A stretch of 64,000 nucleotides of DNA from Sphingobacterium sp. (GTDB lineage Bacteria; Bacteroidota; Bacteroidia; Sphingobacteriales; Sphingobacteriaceae): contig DAIQBS010000005.1 of the NCBI GenBank assembly GCA_036781025.1, positions 30,835 to 94,834 of the forward strand. Direction: 5' to 3'. The position numbers and the translations under genes were made by a program. Below are positions 59,129 to 64,000 of this stretch, in pieces; the first letter of the stretch is position 1; each line of letters opens with the position of its first letter. The notes beneath the pieces are model-generated. The model worked only from the letters and a program-made list of their open reading frames with translations, was not told the origin of the DNA and did not search any database.

Positions 59129-60565
59129 TTAATCAGAATTACCAAAACACAGGTATTTAATTTCCAAGTATTCATCCAAACCGTATTTAGAGCCTTCTCT
59201 ACCGAGTCCGGATTGCTTAAGCCCTCCAAATGGGGCAGAGGCATTGGATATTAATCCGGTATTGATGCCTATCATTCCTGCTTCGATGGCTTGAGAAACA
59301 CGGAAACACCGATTAACATTATCCGAATAAAAGTAGGCCGCCAATCCAAAGTCTGTATCGTTTGCAAGAGCAATAACCTCTTCTTCGCTATCAAATTTAA
59401 ACAGTGCACAGATAGGGCCGAATGTTTCTTCCTTTGCAATGATACTATCGCGATGTACATCGGATAATACCGTAGGTTTATAAAACAAGCCTTCCAACGA
59501 TTCTCCCCCTGTTTCTACTTTAGCGCCATGAGCGATGGCATCGGCAACATGCGCTTTAACTTTTTCAAGACCCTTATTATTGATTAATGGTCCTACTTGG
59601 CTCTCAGGCTTGATGCCATCAGCAACAATTAGCTTGTTAACAGCCTGAGTAAGTTTATCTGTAAATTCTTCATAAATTTCAGTGTGTACGTAAAATCTGT
59701 TGATGGAAACACAAGTTTGCCCCGTATTTCTAAATTTGCCAGCAATAGCACCTTTTACCGCTTGATCAATATTTGCATCTTGAAAAATAATCATCGGTGC
59801 ATTACCTCCTAATTCTAAGGAAATACGTTTGATGGTACTTGCTGCTTGCTCCATCAATGTTTTGCCCACTGAAGTCGATCCTGTAAATGTAATCTTGCGA
59901 ACCAAATCACTGGTAGCCAAGGTATGTCCAATACCTTGGCTATCAGTCGATGTAATCACATTAAATACCCCTTTAGGAATACCTGCCATGTCAACTAGTT
60001 TGGCTAAGGCTATAGCAGTAAAGGGCGTCTGAGAAGCTGGTTTTAATACCAAGGTACAGCCAGCAACTAATGAGGGCGCCATCTTTCTCGTGATCATCGC
60101 TAAAGGGAAATTCCAAGGCGTAATGGCCGCAACCACGCCAACAGACTGTTTAATCGTCATCAACTGATTAGTTCCACTCCCAGCCGGTATTGTTTCTCCA
60201 TAAGCACGTTTTCCTTCTTCAGCAAACCAATCTAAAAAGGAATTTGCATAGTCAACTTCCGTCAAAGACTCCCGAATGGGTTTCCCACTCTCCCAAGTCA
60301 TGATTTCAGCCAATTCTCTTTTATGTTCTTCAATTAAGTTGAATAGCTTTCGGATCAGTTTAGATCGAAACCCCACAGATTCCTTCCTCCATAGATGCCA
60401 AGCTGCTTCAGCAGATTGAATAAACTGTTCGCAATCTTTAACAGTCAGATCAGGCAATTGACCAATGGCTTGTTGCGTTGCAGGATTAATGATTTCGAAG
60501 GTTTTCTCGCTTGATATGAAGGAGCCATTGTGATAGGCTTGTTCTAAGAATAAGGAATTTTTCAT
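59129..60565 (-). CDS. gabD: NAD(P)-dependent succinate-semialdehyde dehydrogenase
   Basis: ITPWNFP, FTGST, LELGGNAP, GQTC, EETFGP and KQSGLGREGS. Confidence 0.88.
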   Translation of the reverse strand: MKNSLFLEQAYHNGSFISSEKTFEIINPATQQAIGQLPDLTVKDCEQFIQSAEAAWHLWRKESVGFRSKLIRKLFNLIEEHKRELAEIMTWESGKPIRESLTEVDYANSFLDWFAEEGKRAYGETIPAGSGTNQLMTIKQSVGVVAAITPWNFPLAMITRKMAPSLVAGCTLVLKPASQTPFTAIALAKLVDMAGIPKGVFNVITSTDSQGIGHTLATSDLVRKITFTGSTSVGKTLMEQAASTIKRISLELGGNAPMIIFQDANIDQAVKGAIAGKFRNTGQTCVSINRFYVHTEIYEEFTDKLTQAVNKLIVADGIKPESQVGPLINNKGLEKVKAHVADAIAHGAKVETGGESLEGLFYKPTVLSDVHRDSIIAKEETFGPICALFKFDSEEEVIALANDTDFGLAAYFYSDNVNRCFRVSQAIEAGMIGINTGLISNASAPFGGLKQSGLGREGSKYGLDEYLEIKYLCFGNSD

Positions 60566-60610
60566 CTTGTAGAGTAGATTTGGAAAAATAGTTGTGCACT
60601 AATCATAAAC

Positions 60611-60638
60611 AAAAAAGAGACCAATGAGTCTCTTTTTT
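60611..60638. terminator. Intrinsic terminator after ribBA
   Basis: aaaaaagagac / gtctctttttt inverted repeat. Confidence 0.75.
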
Positions 60639-60645
60639 ATGTTAT

Positions 60646-61857
60646 TTACAGATTATTTAACGTATGACCCATTCGATCTCTTTTGGTCTTTAAATATTCT
60701 TCATTATGTTCATTTGGATGAATTTCTATCGGAAGGTTTTCGATGATCTCTAAACCATAACCGATTAAACCAGCTCTCTTTGTTGGATTATTAGACAGCA
60801 AACGCATTTTAGTTACCCCCATATAGCGTAGTATTTGAGCACCTACTCCATAATCCCTTAAATCAGGTTTGAAACCTAATTGAAGGTTAGCATCGACAGT
60901 ATCCACACCTTGCTCTTGCAATTTATAAGCATGCAATTTATTGATTAGTCCGATACCGCGACCCTCTTGGTTCATGTAAACGATGATTCCCTTACCTTCA
61001 TTTTCGATGATTTCCATGGATTTATGCAATTGTGGTCCACAATCACATCTGCAAGAACCAAAGATGTCACCAGTCACACAAGAGCTGTGTACACGTACCA
61101 GGATAGGTTCGTCTTCTTTCCATTCCCCTTTGTATAATGCAAGATGTTGTTCTCCTGTATTCTTTTGAGTGAAGGCTTTCATTTTGAAATTACCCCATTG
61201 CGTAGGCATTTCGACAGAAACCTCTTCTTCAATTAAGGTGTCGTGTTTTAAACGGTATTCGATAAGATCTTCGATACTGATGATTTTTAAATCAAATCGC
61301 TCCGCTACCTTAATTAAATCCGGTAATCTTGCCATTTCACCATCATCTTTTAGTATTTCTACCAACACCCCGGCAGGTTCAAAACCAGCAAGTCTGGCTA
61401 AATCTACGGAAGCTTCGGTGTGGCCGGTTCTTCTTAATACACCGCCATCCTTGGCAATCAACGGGAAAATATGTCCAGGCCTTCCTAATTCTTCCGGTCT
61501 GATGTTGGGATCGATTAACGCTTTAATCGTTTTTGAACGGTCGGAGGCCGAAATACCAGTCGTACATCCATAACCTTGCAAATCCACAGATACTGTAAAG
61601 TTAGTTTCATATACGGCGGTATTCTGATTCACCATTAAACCTAAATTAAGTTCACGGCAACGTTCTTCAGTTAAAGGAGCACATACCAATCCTCTACCAT
61701 GCGTAGCCATGAAATTAATCACTTCTGGCGTAGCATTTCTCGCAGCAGTAACAAAATCACCTTCATTTTCGCGGTCTTCATCATCTACCACTATGATCAC
61801 TTTGCCTGCTTTTATATCTTCGATTGCTTCTTCAATCGTATGGAGCTTAATATTCAT
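60646..61857 (-). CDS. ribBA: Bifunctional DHBP synthase / GTP cyclohydrolase II
   Basis: [38 protein letters not shown] and QEGRGIG. Confidence 0.97.
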   Translation of the reverse strand: MNIKLHTIEEAIEDIKAGKVIIVVDDEDRENEGDFVTAARNATPEVINFMATHGRGLVCAPLTEERCRELNLGLMVNQNTAVYETNFTVSVDLQGYGCTTGISASDRSKTIKALIDPNIRPEELGRPGHIFPLIAKDGGVLRRTGHTEASVDLARLAGFEPAGVLVEILKDDGEMARLPDLIKVAERFDLKIISIEDLIEYRLKHDTLIEEEVSVEMPTQWGNFKMKAFTQKNTGEQHLALYKGEWKEDEPILVRVHSSCVTGDIFGSCRCDCGPQLHKSMEIIENEGKGIIVYMNQEGRGIGLINKLHAYKLQEQGVDTVDANLQLGFKPDLRDYGVGAQILRYMGVTKMRLLSNNPTKRAGLIGYGLEIIENLPIEIHPNEHNEEYLKTKRDRMGHTLNNL

Positions 61858-61951
61858 TTGGTTTTATCTATGCCTACAAAGGTAGGGCTTAATTGCCATT
61901 TTTTTATAAGTAAGTTGTCATAAATAACAATTTAAGGTAAAGGAAGATGCT

Positions 61952-62944
61952 TTATTTAAGATGAATAGCTTTTCTACTTTCCTTCGGTAATTTATTAAAA
62001 TGGTCAAAATATACTTTTGTAAAATGATGAGAATATTTAAAACCGGTTAGATAAGCAATTTCCTTGATTTCTAAAGGCGATTCCAACAACATTTGATGGG
62101 CCGCTTGCAGTCTTAATTTTCGGATGTAGGCAAATACCGTATCACCGAATAAGGCTTTAAAGCCGTTTTTCAGTTTATATTCATTGATACCGAACATCTT
62201 TACCAAATCCTGTAAATGAAATTCCTGCTGGTAATGATTCTTGAGGTAATTTCGAATCGCATTTAGAATGGCGATATCTTGATTGTTCCAGTTGCTTTGT
62301 TGGAGAACATCATTTGCACCTATGAAAGCAGATAATATTAATTCATTGGCTTTGCATCTTAGGAAGTCAAAGGCAAAATTGGATTTATACTTATGAGCAG
62401 TCAATTGCTGAATAAGCAGCTCTTGATTGGCGTTGATAATGAGCGGTGATTTGAATAGTGTCGTATTCGATTTGTTAATTAAGGCTTGGACAGCATCTTT
62501 TGAAAAACCCTGAGAGATGAGTAAATCTTGCAAATACGCATATTTCAAATGAATGTCCAACACCTTTCTGTCCGTCGCATAATGCAGAAAGCCATGGGTG
62601 GACTCATTATATATAAATTGGTAATGATTGCTTGGAATTCGAATCTGTTCTTGATCATCACCTGCAAAGTCTGATTGACCCGCTAGTTCAAACTGCAACT
62701 TGATTAATGGAGTTTCATGATCTACTCTAAGTTTGAATGGAGAATGAACCTTCCATTCTTGATAAGTCAATCGGATATCTTGCAAGTCTGCTGAGATCAA
62801 ATAGCCTTCTACAAAAGGATTACTAATCTTCTTTTTATGAAATCCACTTCCTAAATTCTCGGTTAACTTTTCCTTGAGTAAAGATTCCAAACAGTCATTT
62901 CCGTAAATTTCTTGTAGTGTTAAGTAAGATATTTTATCCCTCAT
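61952..62944 (-). CDS. AraC family transcriptional regulator (PchR-like)
   Basis: GINEYKLKNGFKALFGDTVF and IAYLTGF...HFTK; divergent from a TonB receptor. Confidence 0.9.
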   Translation of the reverse strand: MRDKISYLTLQEIYGNDCLESLLKEKLTENLGSGFHKKKISNPFVEGYLISADLQDIRLTYQEWKVHSPFKLRVDHETPLIKLQFELAGQSDFAGDDQEQIRIPSNHYQFIYNESTHGFLHYATDRKVLDIHLKYAYLQDLLISQGFSKDAVQALINKSNTTLFKSPLIINANQELLIQQLTAHKYKSNFAFDFLRCKANELILSAFIGANDVLQQSNWNNQDIAILNAIRNYLKNHYQQEFHLQDLVKMFGINEYKLKNGFKALFGDTVFAYIRKLRLQAAHQMLLESPLEIKEIAYLTGFKYSHHFTKVYFDHFNKLPKESRKAIHLK

Positions 62945-63005
62945 GTGTTACAGTTTATCCTTAATCTGTTATTATTAGCGTATCAAAAATAATACTTTTG
63001 CCCTG

Positions 63006-63028
63006 TTATTTAAAATCAATCTAAATAA
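63006..63028. promoter_or_regulatory. Fur-type palindromic operator
   Basis: ttatttaaa-atcaa-tctaaataa (one mismatch) between the TACTTTTG promoter (62993) and the receptor ATG. Confidence 0.7.
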
Positions 63029-63033
63029 TTCTT

Positions 63034-64000
63034 ATGAAAAAAATATATACGTACATGTTTTCATTACTTATTTGTCTAGTCTTCGGAATACCCGATTCGG
63101 TATTTTCACAAAGCGCTGGACAGATAAAAGGGGAGGTCTATACCATTGATGGTAAGCCATTACCATACGCATCCATCAGGTTAAAAGGAACAAAATACAA
63201 CAGTTCCGTTACTGAGGATGGCACCTTTTCATTACAGGTTCCTCAAGGAGATTATAATTTAGAGGTCACTTATGCGAATTATGCCGTTTACCAGGCAGAA
63301 ATAAAAGTAGGAGCAGGTAAAGAGGTCGTTCTCGAAAGAATCGTCGTGCAGTCCAATTCTACACAATTGAGAGAAGTGATTGTATCGGATATTCAACGAA
63401 ATAAATTTGCCAGAAAGGAAACGGATGATATTGCGAGGATGCCTTTATCCAATCTTAGAAACCCACAAGCTTATAGTGTCATCAACAAAGATTTAATGCT
63501 GGAATTAGCCGCTTCTGATTACAATTCAGCGCTAGCTCAAGTTCCGGGGACGGTTGTTTCCACCGGAGTCAACGATAATGGAAACGGCGTTTATTTACGC
63601 GGTTTCTCCAATAGTGGAAGTGGAAACTCCAATATGGTAAGAAATGGTTTGCCCATAAACTCCCGTGCGATATCCGAAATATTTAATTTGGAAAAGGTAG
63701 AGGTATTAAAAGGCCCTTCTGCAACGCTTTTCGGCGCGCAGGTAACTTCCTATGGGGGTGTTATTAATAATGTAACCAAAAGACCATTCGAATCCTTCCG
63801 TGGGGAGGTAAGTTACTTGACCGGAAGTTTTGGAATGAACCGATTAACCGCTGATATCAATGCGCCTTTGAATAAGGACAGAACGGCTCTTGGTCGATTT
63901 AATATCCTGGGAATGAATAACGATGGTTTCCAAAATGAAGGAAAGAATACCGCATTAGGATTTGCGACCAGTTTGCATTTCAAAGCGGGTGAAAAAACCA
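63034..64000 (+). CDS. TonB-dependent siderophore receptor, 5' part (runs off the window)
   Basis: Read by eye from ATG 63034: signal peptide, carboxypeptidase-like domain, RMPLSNLENPQAY and LEKVEVLKGPSATLFG..GGVIN.VTK. Confidence 0.9.
   Translation, partial: MKKIYTYMFSLLICLVFGIPDSVFSQSAGQIKGEVYTIDGKPLPYASIRLKGTKYNSSVTEDGTFSLQVPQGDYNLEVTYANYAVYQAEIKVGAGKEVVLERIVVQSNSTQLREVIVSDIQRNKFARKETDDIARMPLSNLRNPQAYSVINKDLMLELAASDYNSALAQVPGTVVSTGVNDNGNGVYLRGFSNSGSGNSNMVRNGLPINSRAISEIFNLEKVEVLKGPSATLFGAQVTSYGGVINNVTKRPFESFRGEVSYLTGSFGMNRLTADINAPLNKDRTALGRFNILGMNNDGFQNEGKNTALGFATSLHFKAGEKT

Overview
This 64 kb AT-rich window is a Bacteroidota chromosome segment. It most resembles Sphingobacteriaceae (inferred from gene content, TAnnTTTG -7 promoters and lipoprotein style). 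Core genes: a glycosyltransferase/GT9/DUF4254 cluster (0-5.8 kb), a stand-alone nuoHIJKLMN block, ispG, mlaEF, purU, parE, a PIF1-like helicase, atpZ-I-B-E-F-H-A-G, an FA2H-like hydroxylase, fabH, clpS, TonB-dependent receptors, a two-component system with hemE and hemJ, gabD and ribBA. An accessory-looking block (~25.3-38 kb) holds surface lipoproteins and regulators: a ZU5 lipoprotein with an HFS motif, a TPR histidine kinase with a LuxR regulator, Crp/Fnr, two LytTR proteins, and a fimbrillin/FGE-CLec fusion broken by one in-frame TAA. The best leads are (1) two related heptamer-built palindromic intergenic elements (14.5 kb and atpA-atpG), (2) a Cys-rich NMO/FabX-like protein behind a CRP/FNR-type box, (3) the DGR-target-like adhesin with no RT or template repeat in view, (4) a possibly self-cleaving ZU5 lipoprotein, and (5) shared operator geometry inside the island. 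I saw no rRNA, tRNA, CRISPR array, transposase or integrase. All calls come from reading motifs by eye; no searches were run.
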